Positions 1 to 12,091 of a stretch of 64,000 nucleotides of DNA are shown here, one piece after another. A program made the position numbers and the translations under genes. Position 1 is the first letter of the stretch. Every line of letters starts with the position of its first letter. The notes under the pieces are model-generated. The model searched no databases, was not told where the DNA came from, and saw nothing but the letters and a program-made list of their open reading frames with translations. Source of the stretch: Octopus sinensis (taxonomy: Eukaryota); NCBI RefSeq assembly GCF_006345805.1, contig NW_021833248.1:1-64000 (forward strand), given 5' to 3'.

Positions 1-136
1 AAGTTTTCAGTAAACTTCTAAATAATTGTTTTTAATGTAGGCAACAGAGCAGAAATATGAACATATATTAGGATTGATTATATTGATATAATGATCTAAC
101 GCATGAAGTATTTTACCTGTCTTCCTAAAACTGAAG

Positions 137-310
137 GTCCTACGTCAGCTGGCTGCACTAACCATCCAGAATTTAGATTATGTTTTCGAATAGATCCAAT
201 GACATTTTCATGGAATGAAGCTGCAGACATATGCAGTAAGGACCGAGATCAACTTATCCACATTAAAAATTCAGAAGTAATGAAATATCTAAAAACATAG
301 CATCAACAGA
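137..310 (+). CDS. C-type lectin domain N-terminal exon with an in-frame TAG at 298-300 (pseudo-exon or edited)
   Basis: Translation GCTNHPEFRLCFRIDPMTFSWNEAADICSKDRDQLIHIKNS matches the CTLD N-terminal pattern CF-x6-SW-x-EA-x2-IC. Candidate acceptors AG 135-136 or 147-148 and donor GT at 311 are all phase 1. The donor GTGACG is weak. Confidence 0.55.
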
Positions 311-849
311 GTGACGTTCCATCTTACACAAGCACTCACACAGACACACACTCACACAAACACATACTCACACACACACATATACACAAATATACACACA
401 CAATACGCGCACACACACACAAACACACTCTCCCCTCTGTCTCCCTCTATCCCATCTGTCTCCCTCCCCCTCTCACTCCCACCTGCACATATGTTCATCG
501 TATATATCTAAAATCATAAACTGTTTCATAACATTCTTATTTTAAGTCTACCCTTTGATAATTTCATTTATGCTGAGGAAGTAATGGATAAAATCTCGAA
601 TATAAGCTTTGAAGAAAATCTCGAATATAAGCATTTAATTTCGTACATATATTGTAAAAAAAAATTATATTATTTATTTCCAATGCGTTAAAAATTATTT
701 AAATAATACTTTATTTTTGATTTTGTTCTTTGTAATATAACTAGAAATTCACATAAAACGCCGAAACAAAGGAAATATTCCTTTACAAATGGTATTGTTA
801 TAAATTGTTAGATATTTTATGAACTTTAATTTATGTTTAATCAATATTT

Positions 850-1205
850 TTTGTATTATCGAATACCTCTTGGACTATATATATCTTCTTCAGTATTAAA
901 AACGACAGCTGTATTAGTTTAAATTAGGGTTCTTTATTACTTGTAAGAGGCAAATTTCTGACAATATGAATATATTTTAAATGAAATATATCCCTTCAAT
1001 TTTAATTTTCTTTTCAACTAATACATTGCCAATGCTTACAGAGTCGATTAAATTGTTTAACATATTCGTGACAATCATTCTATAAAGCTCCAGTAATAGG
1101 AACGGCTACGTCCAGTCTGTTCAATTTTGAATTCATATGTGAACAGACGAAATAAATAATTTACTTGCTTTATTGCTCAGCTCATTACCATTCATTAGCA
1201 AATAT
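850..1205. repeat. Dispersed repeat, diverged second copy at about 19400-19745
   Basis: Shared colinear blocks such as GAGTCGATTAAATTG and TATGT(G/A)AACAGA..AATAAATAATTTAC(T/C)TGCT in both places. Confidence 0.55.
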
Positions 1206-1435
1206 TTAGCACTTCGTTGAATTTTATATGTATAAAACATAAAACATGGTAGACGCTAAAGTATTTCCTTACTGTTGCTGAAGTTTTCTTGCCATACAGC
1301 TGGAGAGATTTCAGTATATAGTTTACTAACGTAAATAACAGGAAATTAAATTAAAATAATATATACAATACGACATAATTCAATGAAGAGATTATTGTTT
1401 CTTACATAGGCATAAAGCCTCAAATGTGACTGCTT

Positions 1436-1488
<53 letters not shown>

Positions 1489-1829
1489 TGTGTGTGTGTT
1501 TGTGTGTGTGCATGTCTATGGGGATGAGGGATGATGGCATTTCTCCTATGGACTGCACTATGTTTATTGATCGTGGGTACAAAAAAGGTTTATCACTGGG
1601 AAATTAGTATTATATATATATATAAAGAGAGAGACAGAGAGAGAGAGAAATATGAAAGAAACGTTTGTTACATTTTTGGGCCAATACACATGTCTACAGC
1701 TTTTGGTAGTCCGAGTTTGTGAAGTTGTGTGTAAAGGACGCCTTTGTAATGCTGTGTGTGTGTGTGTTGTCTGTAGTGGGGTTGGAAATAGCTATTCAAT
1801 GTGAGCCCGTTTTAATCTATCAACAGAAA

Positions 1830-4680
1830 TGGTGTCTTTACGACCGTTAATGTCTAAAGTGAAAACTCTATCTGTACAAGAAAGCACACGAAAGGGTCCT
1901 GAATGCTGTTAAAGGATGTTTAACAACATCGTTACGAACAAAAACATTAATCCAGGAAGAATAGCCCTTAGTCAAATATGTTTTAATGTCTTGTTTTCTG
2001 GTGTGCATAAGTTGTAACTTTGACATATAATCACGCAAGCGTTCAACGAAACTTGTAGTGTCAATATCTTGCGTGTTTGCAAGAAGAACTATCTGACCAG
2101 GCAGCGTCAAGGAAGAACCATAAAATAAATCTACAGGAAAATATACAATATCTTCTTTGATAGAAGAGCGGAGATCCAAGAGAACAATAGGAAGAAATTC
2201 AATTCATCGAGATGAATCAGCAGAAGCACACAACACAGCTTTAAGCTGTCGGTGAAATCTTTCGATGATAAAGTTCGAAGCTGGGTGGTAACTAGTGGAA
2301 TGGATGTGTTTACTTCCTAAAATCTTGGTTACTTCCTGGAAAAGTTTAGCTTCAAATTGACGTCAGCGACCTGTTGTTATTTTTACATGTGTTCCGAAAC
2401 GAGAAATCCATCCTGTGACTAAAGCTTGTGTCACAATTTGAGTAGATATGTATGTGAGTGGAATAACTTCAGGCCAGCGTGAAAAACAATCAATACAAGT
2501 TAAAAACGTGTAAACCTGACTCGCAGGCCAAGGTCCTACTATATCAACATGTATGTGCTAGAATCGTGCATCTGGAGTGGAGAAAGTACCTAACGGTGCA
2601 GAGATATGTTTATGTAACTTGGATTTTTGACTATCTATATAGGTACGATTAGTTATGTCCCGATGCATGTTCGGCCAAACGAAACGAGCTATGATACGCT
2701 TCAATGTTGCTGTTATGCCTGGATGTGAAATATTGTGTAGTGCTGAGAAAACGATACGGCGGTGCTTTTCAGGAACTAAAAGGCGAGGTTTACCAGAAAA
2801 AAAATCGCAAAGGAACTGTTTATTTGATGTCGTAACTGGAAAAAATTGGAGGTCGAAAGAAATTAGTTCTGGTTGTTGTGTATTATTCGGATCTTTACCT
2901 TTTGAACGGCAGATATCAACACAATTTCTAGTTAACTAAACACTTTTAAACTTCGTATACTGGTGGAATGTGTTTATAAAACATCATTTTCTCTTGGTTT
3001 TATTGAGAAAATTCTATAGTTTGTAAGATATTTCGTCTGAAAATCCGAGCATTTCGGCAATTTTAACCAATCGATTACCTCCATTCAACTAAAATCCTTT
3101 GTTGCCTCTAAAACTGAGACAACACCCTGTAACTAACCTTAAACCTTCCCCCTAACCCTAACCCTAATCCTAATTTTTTTTCTTAATTGTTAACTTAATT
3201 TAATTCCATTGCTTTATTTTTTTTTTACACGCGTAACAATTAAGAAAAAAAATTTAGGGTTATGGTCAGGGTTAGGGGAGTTCAGGGTTAGTTACAGGAT
3301 GTCGTCTCAGTTTTAGACGCAGCAAATGATTTTAGCTCAAAAGAGAGCATAGGATTGGTTAAAATTCGAAAAATTAACTACGTTAAACAAACAAATTACA
3401 ATTTTCTCAAGAAAGCCAAGAGAAAAAATGTTTTATTTTGACACATTCTACCAGTATACAAAGTTTTAAAGTGTTTAGTTAACTAGAAGTTGTGTGCCGT
3501 TCAAAAGGAAAAGATCCTATTATTCAAATCAACGGATTGTTGATCTTCCGGCATTTCGTACAAGTTAATTTCTGCAGTTGAAAATAATGCGTTTACAGGT
3601 AAACGGGATAAAGAATCTGCAACAATGTTCTCAGAATCTGGAATATATCGTATATCACTCGTGAATTGTGGAATGTAATCCATATGTCGAATGTCTCTCG
3701 GAGAAATATTATTAAGCGAAAGATAACGGCTTATGGTCCCTAAATATTGTGAAGTTTCTCCCTTTCAAAATACGTTGGAAGTGTTTAACTGAGAGGTAAA
3801 TAGCTAACTGTTCACGACTGAATGCGCTATATTTAGTTTCAGCTGGTTTTAACTACTTAGAGGAAAGCCAGAGGCTGCCATTCGCCATAGAGGAGCTGTT
3901 GAATGACAGCGCCGGCGCCAATTTCGGACGTGTGAGCTAATATGGAGACACAAGCGAGAGTTTCTGTTTAATATCGTCGAAATCTTGTATTTTAGCAGGA
4001 GTTAAAGTAATCTTTTCTGTTTTCTTCTTACGGTGCCGCAGTAATTTGTTGAGAGGGTATAAAGTTTCAGCACAATGGGGTATAAAACGGCGATGATAAT
4101 TAGCTAATTCAATAAATTGTCTGAGCTGTCTTAATGAAACAGGAACTGGAATTTTCACGATAGCTTCAACCTTTTCTGACAAAAACCTAATTCCATCCTC
4201 CTTGTCAATGGTGTGTCCAAGGAAAGTGAGAGAAGGCACACCGAAAATACGTTTGGTAGCATTGATACGAATTTTTTATTGAGAAAACCTTTCAAGAAGT
4301 TGCTTCAAATGAATCTCATGTTGTTTCTCAGAAGAACCAGCGATGAGAATATCGTCAATATAGGTGTAGAGGAAATCTAATCCACGTATTACTTCGTCAA
4401 TAATACGTTGAAAAGTAATGGCGGCGTTCCTTAACCGAAAGGGCATATTAAAAAATTCAAGTGACCCAAATAGATTTGCAATAACCGTTTTCGAAATATC
4501 ATCTGGGTTCACAGGAATCTGATGATATTTCTATTTTGTTTCCTTTCACACATCAACGTTGAAAACATGCCAGTGATGCGTCCACCCAGTCTTGCCCCAC
4601 TATCTATAGCGGAAGCCTTGACAAATACAACGAATAGGATAACAGTTGTGAGAATGATAGTAATGATACTAATATGGATG
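1830..4680 (-). mobile_element. Decayed Ty3/Gypsy pol (RT, RNase H, integrase), interrupted by a MITE
   Basis: RT: NPDDISKT..MPFRLRNAAITFQR..YIDDILIA (4276-4512). RT/RH linker: LTFLGH..QLRQFIELANYHRRFIPHCA (3937-4239). RH end ENIVADSLSR (3501-3683). H2C2 region LHNISHPGITAT, rve core WISRFG..TSYHPASN, and integrase C-terminal ORF 1868-2179. Confidence 0.9.
2889..3517. mobile_element. 629-bp foldback MITE with an 8-bp TSD
   Basis: Ends GGATCTTTACC..TTTGAACGGC and GCCGTTCAAAAGGAAAAGATCC. The arms pair over nearly the whole length. TATTATTC is duplicated at 2881-2888 and 3518-3525. Confidence 0.9.
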
Positions 4681-4730
4681 GAAATAAGGATAATAAAAGT
4701 TGTCGAAATAATAATGATGATTATGATGAC

Positions 4731-4776
<46 letters not shown>

Positions 4777-4842
4777 CTAACAGCAGCAGCAACAGCATGG
4801 TTTCAAGTTTCGGCACAAGGCTAGCAAGATCGGGGAAGCCGT

Positions 4843-5005
4843 AAGTCGATTACATCGACCCTAGCAATCAAGAAGTACTAATTTTATCGAACCTGAAATG
4901 ATGAAAGGCAAAGTCGTCCGCAGCGGAATTTGAACTCAGAACGTGAAGATGGTCGAAATGCTGCTAAGCATTCTACCCGGCGTGCTAATGATTCTGCCAG
5001 GTCGA
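4843..5005 (-). mobile_element. tRNA-derived SINE, family 1
   Basis: The reverse strand has a B-box-like GTTCAAATTCC and an A-box-like GGCAGAATCATTAGC. Related copies lie at about 10062, 61270, 61440 and 62085. Confidence 0.75.
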
Positions 5006-5049
5006 GGTGATGTTAAAGGACAAATCTAAGTGATACCCGTATGATGCTA

Positions 5050-5900
5050 GATGAAAAGGTCTTAAACAGAATAAATTGCTTCAATCAACCAAATCAAGGC
5101 ATTTATATCTACAAAATTTATATCTAGAAAGGAACCACCGTATAATAGGGAAATACAGGGTTTAGAAGATAATATTTGGAAAGTAGTGAAAAATATTAAC
5201 TTTCATAGATACCTAAATAGTCACAATGAATATTTAAGAAATCTAGCTATGAAAATAAAAGAAATGAGAAGTATAGACGGAATTATAGTACAATCAGATA
5301 AAACTAGGAACCTGTATAAACTGAATGTTAAACTACATGATAATTTATTGAAAAAAGAAATAAATAAAAATTGTTCCTGAAAATACTCTTAATAATATAA
5401 ATAAATCTTCTTAATTAAACATGATGAAATTGGATTCTGCCGAGGTGACTGATTTAGTAGGTATTTACTTATCGGAACTTCAATTAGTATAATTAAATTT
5501 GGAGTGTGGACTATATAAAGATGACCTTTTATTATTAACTAAGAATTGCACCAATAGAACACTAGAAATATATAAGAAGAGACTATATAGTTTTTTTTTT
5601 TTGAAGATATGGATTAGGTATAACTATAGATAAAAAGAACTATAATGTTAAATATTTAGATGCTAATTTTAATTTAATATCAGATAAAACCCAAACGTTC
5701 CATGAAATTAAGAAAAACCTTAGCTATATATATGCTAATAGTAATCACCCAGCAATAATTAAAAAATCGTTGATAGATAACATAAGAAAAATAATTTTTG
5801 CTCTTTCTACTAATTTTAAGATTTTCTAAAAACATGCACCTTATTATAATGAAGCCTTGAGGGAGGCGGGATATAATAAAAGTATTAAATCCCTTAATTA
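5050..5900 (+). mobile_element. Decayed Penelope-like RT fragment
   Basis: IIVQSDKTRNLYKL, DSAEVTDLVGIY, GLYKDD, VKYLDANFNL and YANSNHPAIIK match Penelope RT motifs (ADKT, DGAEVCELVG, GLYRDD, VNFLD, SNHP). Confidence 0.8.
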
Positions 5901-6089
5901 TTGTAGTTTTAATAATAATATAAAAAATAATAATATATATGATTCTTATGATATTCATAATAATAAACCTAATATTAAGAATTATTATAAGTTTAGTTCA
6001 GTTAATTATGTTTTTAATAATAGGTTTTATGATAATACAAAAAATAAATATGATTTTTCAAACTGTTTAATAATTGCTTTAAAATTTTG

Positions 6090-7354
6090 ACCTGGAGTAC
6101 CGAGTGCCCTTTGCTCCGTTTTGAACTGTTGCTCTCTCTCTCTCTCTCTTCGTCTATCTTTTATTTAAAAAACTCTTCATTGTGCTCTTAGTATTTGCTC
6201 TCTTTCCTTTTTGTTTGGACTTTTTTCTCTTCCTTTTTCCTTAATTATAGTGTATTTTAAGAACTATATTGTTTTGCCTTTTAAAAAAAACATTGCAAAT
6301 AACAATGGAAAGCGGGTGGAGTGGGAAATTACACCACCCAAAAATGGTTAAAACAATTTGAAAGTAGGACGGTGGTTTGAGGACCTACTCTAGGGCCCTC
6401 GAAGCCATTGCCATTTTCAGAAAGGATATAATCGAAAGAGCTGGCAGAATTTAAGCCAGCGATTACGTTTATCACTTAGGGGCGGGGGGGGGGGGGGTCA
6501 AATACGTAAACGTGTGGTTGCTGTTTGACTCCCCAGAAGTGGATCGTGAATTTACGAGCCAGCCCCTGGAGGGCAATGAAATTTTGTTTTTTCCCACTTA
6601 TTGTGGAAAGAAGTTGACGAGGGCTTGGGATTGCAGTTTGCCACCCGGAGTTGAGCCTGAGTGGATAGGAGATACTATCCGCCGGGTCCTGGGTAGCAGT
6701 AGCACCAAGTTATTCAAAGTAAATATTCTCCCTGCGGCTGACTGGGAGTGGTCAAAAGCTGCTTTGGCCTTATCAACCTAGTCAGCCGAAAGTCTGGTAT
6801 TTCCAGATTTTTTTGAGAATGGCGGGGTCTAGGTATCCGGTGATGTTTGAGGGACGCCGCCCCATCAAGTTTCAGCGGTGCCTGGAGCCTGGCCATATAA
6901 AAAAGAACTGTCCTCAAGGGCAAAGTAAAGTCCTGGAGCAGTTGACAGAGACCTCTGTAGAGGATGGAATGAAGGCGGCCGAGGAGATTTTAAAGCAAGC
7001 ATGGGAGATGGTGGAGTACACGGACACAAGCGATGATGAGGTAGAAAATCGACAAGATGTTGAAAAGCCTCAGTGTTATAATGTGTTAGAGGCTCAGCGC
7101 CTCATTTGTAAATGGACTAGTGTTGATTGTATATTGAATATTTTATTGTATGTTATTGCATGTTATTATTTGTAATGGACTATTAAGTCCAATAATTGTA
7201 AAAACTATCGTGAGAAGTTCAATATCTTATTTTCTTTTTTCTGTTGAAAAAAAAAAGGCGTTTTTTATTTCATCATTCACCTCATCAATGTATGTGTCAA
7301 GCTCACAATCTACTCTTTGTAATGCCTTTTCTGGCAAACCTTAATGAAATAAAG
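6090..7354 (+). mobile_element. L1/Tx1-like element with degraded ORF1 joined to a 3' UTR (ORF2 absent)
   Basis: LPPGVEPEW and YPVMFEGRRPIKFQRCLEPGHIKKNCP (a CCHC knuckle with the first C changed to F). A pyrimidine-rich leader precedes it and the element ends in AATGAAATAAAG. Confidence 0.6.
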
Positions 7355-7356
7355 TA

Positions 7357-7491
7357 GTTTGCTTACCAACCACATGATTCCGGGTTCAGTCCCACTGCGT
7401 GACACTTTGGGCAAGTGTCTTCTACTATATCCTCGGACTGACCAAAGCCTTGTGAGTAGATTTGGTAGACGGAAACTTAAAGAAGCCCGTC

Positions 7492-7495
<4 letters not shown>
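7357..7495 (+). mobile_element. tRNA-derived SINE, family 2 (head region)
   Basis: B-box-like GGTTCAGTCCC followed by GGGCAAGTGTCTTCTACTAT..GAAGCCCGTCG and (TA)n. Homologous to 32860-33200, 33530 and 33999. Confidence 0.75.
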
Positions 7496-7539
<44 letters not shown>

Positions 7540-7592
7540 ATATATATATAATGTGTGTGTGTGTGTGTTTGTCTCTAAATTCTCTCTCTCTT

Positions 7593-7672
<80 letters not shown>

Positions 7673-7765
7673 TGTGGATTTTTTATTTACTGTGCTAAAT
7701 TGAATGTTTTCCCTATTGGCTTGGAATTATTATATCCCCTAACTATTAATAATATACATACATAT

Positions 7766-7811
<46 letters not shown>

Positions 7812-7827
7812 AATGAATATGTATATA

Positions 7828-7868
<41 letters not shown>

Positions 7869-8150
7869 TGTATATGTATATATGTAAATGCGTATGTATA
7901 TGTGTATATATATATATGTAAATGAATAGGTATATGTATATATATATGTCTTTACATATTTATGTGTGTGTGCGTGTGTAGGTGTGTCCTATGTGCGTGT
8001 TCAATTGTTAAGACCATTTCTGTACACTGCAAGTATAAACTTGTTTGTTGTATATATGTGTGCGTATACACCAATACAAACACACACAGGTATACACACA
8101 CAGACAAACATACACACACACACACACATATATATATATAAATATATATA
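7495..8150. repeat. Compound microsatellite tract (TA)n/(TG)n/(TC)n/(CA)n
   Basis: Read directly from the sequence. Confidence 0.9.
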
Positions 8151-8403
8151 TTCATTTGGATAGTATTTCACAGCGTTGGTTGAGATTCATGGTTAGTGTC
8201 ATGCAGTTCAGTTTTGTTTGCAGAGACATTTTCAGTTTGTTTTAAATAAAAGAGAGTAAAGCTAAAACGTTGTGATTATTCAATACGAAATATATTTAAC
8301 GAGAAAAGTTTTGTGCATGAGAAGTGGTAATTATTTCCTAAATTGTAAATATTTGAAGTGCTATTTAATACAATATAATAAAGAAATATGTATTGCTTCT
8401 CAG

Positions 8404-8742
8404 TTAGTGTCGTCATTCGAAAAGCGAATCTTCACATAATTATTTTCTCAATGCTGTTATTCCAAATATGCTTGGGCAGTAATGCAGCATGCCGAGAATA
8501 TTATGGGACCCGTATTCACCCTTCTGTAACTGGCATTCCAGAAGCTGACAAGCTGATTAAGATGTCAAACATCCGATCAAAAATTGAGTGCTTTTCTCAC
8601 TGTATGGCGTATTCCAAATGCGGTATGATTATTTACAGCGTTTCCGAGAAAGTATGTATCCTACGTAAAATCAAGCAATTACCTGAAGCCTTACCATTCA
8701 TCGACATTCCTCCAAACAGCATTTATACCATGCTACAAGCAA
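8404..8742 (+). CDS. Exon encoding a hydrophobic leader and a PAN/Apple-like domain
   Basis: Acceptor TTGCTTCTCAG (8393-8403) and donor GTGAGT at 8743 give a 339-nt phase 1-1 exon. Cys pattern ECFSHCMAYSKCGMIIYSVSEKVCIL. A paralog lies at 52848. Confidence 0.8.
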
Positions 8743-9284
8743 GTGAGTAGTTTTTTTTTCTAGTCTATGTCTTGTGAATATTTTTACTTTTCCTTTCACT
8801 TTGTAGAATACGTTATTTGTTATTTAATTTAATATTAACAGGATTCCTTTTAAAAGAATGGCTGATACCATCTGTAATCGGCGCTGTGTATACGTGTGCT
8901 TTTTGTTATTGTAGATTGAGGGACGGTTACGTATTTCTTTCCTTTTCTGTTATTTTTTAATTTCCACTTATTGAAGTGTTTCCATGATTGCAAACATAAA
9001 CAATAATATCCCAAACTGTGTTCCACACGTTCCTGTCCACGTAATTCGTCCGGAATCATTGAGGTTTCCCTTCAAGTTATATGTTATTATTGTTATTCAT
9101 CCTGTTGCTATTATTATTCTGGTCATTGTTATTGTTCTGTTAGTTAAGGCTACGATCAACCCTGTTCGAGTTTAAATACATTTCCGCTAGATGAATGCAT
9201 GCACGTACGTATGTATGCATGTAAGTATGTGTGTAATTATATATACGTATGTGTGTTATGTATGTGCCTATGTATTTAAGTATG

Positions 9285-9540
9285 CATGTGGCTACAACAT
9301 CATGTCTCATCGGTAGATTATAACGTGACGACATTTTCGGACAACTACTTATGATGTCGGTGGTATCTTCGATGTTAACGCCATTAAGTCTGCAACGGTT
9401 TTCACATTTTGCTGCATTTCCTGCATCTGTGTCCTTTTCTGCATCAGATATTTGGTTGATAATTCCTGTTCCTGGATTGCAAACACATACACTTCAAAGT
9501 GGAAGTTAGTATTCTGATTTTATCCGTTTCTTTATCTATC
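9285..9540 (-). mobile_element. R4/Dong-like LINE fragment (CCHC knuckle region)
   Basis: SHFEVYVFAIQEQELSTKYL and RCRLNGVNIEDTTDIISSCPKMSSRYNLPMRHDVVA. Same type as the fragment at 63.8 kb. Confidence 0.65.
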
Positions 9541-10061
9541 CGAACTTTGCTATTGATCTTCTATATTGAATGAAGCGCTTTCACTTAATTTGAAATTTAT
9601 AGTTATGAAAGCCAAAAAAACAATATAGGAAAAAAATAAAATAGGAATTCTTACATGCTGGAATGGGCAGTCACAACCCAAACCACGAAAAGAATTCTTA
9701 TGGTAAGTTGCTTGTGGGTACTAGAATGAATAAAAATGGTGATCTCATATCAAAATAAGCGCACCTGGTCTTGCTGGAGGCCCGTCCCACTCAAAATTCT
9801 ATGAAAAAGAGTTGTTTAAGGATGCTGAACAAAACACCTGTATATCTAGTGGTGAATTAATAAAATCTCAAGCTATTTCTCTGAATACCTGGCTATGATG
9901 TTCCCCCAACTCTTCTGCTCGAGATCAGAGATACACATATTGTCAGCCACCAAGGGACATGCTCAACTGGTTAAGGTTAAGCAACTGGCAAGCAAATCTG
10001 TGGTATTGAGTAGAATATTTGTTGTAACACATTTTCTGTTCTACTAAAGACACAAGACCTG

Positions 10062-10246
10062 AAATTTGGAGAAAGGATAGTCGAGTTTATCGACACCAGT
10101 ACGTAACTGGTATGCATTTCATCGACCGTGAAAGGATGAAAGGAAAAGTCAAGCACGGCAGAATTTGAACTAAGAACGTAGTGACGGGTAAAATACCACT
10201 AGTCATTTCGTCCAGCGTGCTAACGATTCTCCCAGCTCGCAGCCTT
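10062..10246 (-). mobile_element. tRNA-derived SINE, family 1
   Basis: Colinear with the 4843 copy (ATCGAC..GGATGAAAGG..AAAGTC..GAATTTGAACT..GTGCTAACGATTCT). Confidence 0.75.
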
Positions 10247-10396
10247 GCTGTAGCACATATTGTAGCTCGACAAAAAACAAATGCATGATAACACTTCGAA
10301 TCAGATAAGATCTGAGGCCTTGAGAGATAGTGTCTGGTATAGCATCAGGGCAATTATTATTATTATTATATTATTATTATATTATTATTATTATTA

Positions 10397-10439
<43 letters not shown>

Positions 10440-10762
10440 TAGTTTTATTTTTATAGCGTGCTTTCACTTCACTACCGAGCGCAGCTCTGTGTGCCTTGGG
10501 TATGTGCTGTGATTTGTTGTGATGCTCTGATGGTTATTGTATGGAAAGTGTTTTGCGTAGGATGTGTGCAGTGCCTAGTAGTGCAATTTTCTGTATGTTA
10601 TATGTGTTTGTAAGTCCTGGTGTTTTTGTTATGTATTTGTCTGAATATTTTTTATCATGCCTAATGCACCTACTATGATAGGAATTGTTTCTGTTTTCAG
10701 ATTCCACATTCTAGTTACCTCTATTTCCAGGTCTTTGTATTTTGAGAGTTTCTCCATTTCTT

Positions 10763-11506
10763 TTAGAGCACGTTGTCATCTGCCGGTATTGATACATCAA
10801 TTAGAAAGCATTTTTTTTCTTCATGATCTCTGACAACTATATCTGGTCTGTTGGCCTTAATTTCTCTATCTGTGTGTATCGGCATATCCCAGAGTATGGT
10901 TGCTTTCTCGTTTTCTGTGACCTTTTCTGGTGTGTGCCTATACCATCTTTTTTCTGTTGTTATTCCATAATGTTGGCATAGCTTCCAATGTATGTAGGTT
11001 CCAACTCTGTCGGGTCTGTGAATATATTCCTTCTTAGCCAGGATTGGGCAGCTAGAGATAATATGATTTATTGTTTCTTGTCCATCGCCACATATTCTGC
11101 AATTACTTGTAATATTTCTTTTCATTACATGTTTTTGGTAATTTCTGGTGGGGAGGCTTTGGTCTTGTGCTGCAATTAAAAATCCTTCTGTTTCTGCTTT
11201 GATTCCTGAGCTTCTCAACCATTGCTGGGATTTTTCTTTGTCTATTTCTTTTGCGTTTAGTTTAGTCCAGTATTTACCATGAAGGGGCTTTTCTTGCCAT
11301 CGTTTTATCATGGTTCGTTGCTGTTCTATTTTTAGTTGGATTTCATTTGTTTTTAGCTTTTGTTGTTTCTTCATCTTCTTCTTCTTCTTTCTTCTTCTTT
11401 CTTCTTCTTCTTCTTCTTCTTTCTTCTTCTTCTTCTTCTTCTTCTTCTTCTTCTTCTTCTTCTTTCTTCTTCTCTTCTTCTTCTTCTTCTTCTTCTTCTT
11501 CTTCAT
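10763..11506 (-). CDS. CCHC knuckle plus restriction-like endonuclease fragment
   Basis: CRICGDGQETINHIISSC and RPDIVV..CFLIDVSIP (PD-(D/E) motif). The poly-K N-terminus comes from a (GAA)n expansion. Confidence 0.85.
   Translation of the reverse strand: MKKKKKKKKKKRRRKKKKKKKKKKKKKKKEEEEEEERRRKKKKKMKKQQKLKTNEIQLKIEQQRTMIKRWQEKPLHGKYWTKLNAKEIDKEKSQQWLRSSGIKAETEGFLIAAQDQSLPTRNYQKHVMKRNITSNCRICGDGQETINHIISSCPILAKKEYIHRPDRVGTYIHWKLCQHYGITTEKRWYRHTPEKVTENEKATILWDMPIHTDREIKANRPDIVVRDHEEKKCFLIDVSIPADDNVL
11368..11504. repeat. (TTC/GAA)n expansion inside the LINE ORF
   Basis: About 135 bp of interrupted CTT repeats where sister copies carry only a few GAA units. Confidence 0.9.
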
Positions 11507-12091
11507 GTTTATTAGGTGGTATGATTCTTGTTTGTATGTGTCGGCTTCCTTAAATACTGAGAACAGTTTTTGTTTTGCTCGTTATTTGCCGCTATTTGTA
11601 TCAGTTTCCTTCCTTCTGAAGTAGATATTATTGCAGTCCTATGGTGGTTATTTTATAGTAGTTTTCCAGCTGTATAAGGCCTCTACACCTTCTATACGTT
11701 GTATATATAGTCTTTCTATGTCAGATTTTGGGTGATGCATCCTAGATCCTGTCATTATTTTTCTTGTTTTCCTATCTATTTTGGTCAGTTCATTTCGTGT
11801 CCAGTCAAGGATATTGTAGCTGTAACTTATAACTGGAACAGCTAAAGTGTTAATACCTATTATCTTGTTCTTAGCATTGAGCTCTGTTTTTAGTATTGAT
11901 CTGACTCGTCTATAATATTCTTTTTTATTTTCTCTTTCATTTGTGTGTGTTGTGTCTTATCTGGTTCATGGATTCCTAAGTATTTGTAAGTTTGGCTTTG
12001 GTCTAATTCTTTATTTCATTGGTTTTATCTAGTGTGATGTTGCTACTCTTAACTAGTTTTCCTCTTTTCATGGTTACTTTGGCGCATTTTT

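Noticed and set aside
565-640. CTGAGGA..CGAATAT hammerhead-like string with an 18-bp repeat
   Set aside because: GAAA and the stems are not preserved.
3148-3292. Interstitial telomere
   Set aside because: Only a few imperfect units, arranged symmetrically within the MITE arms.
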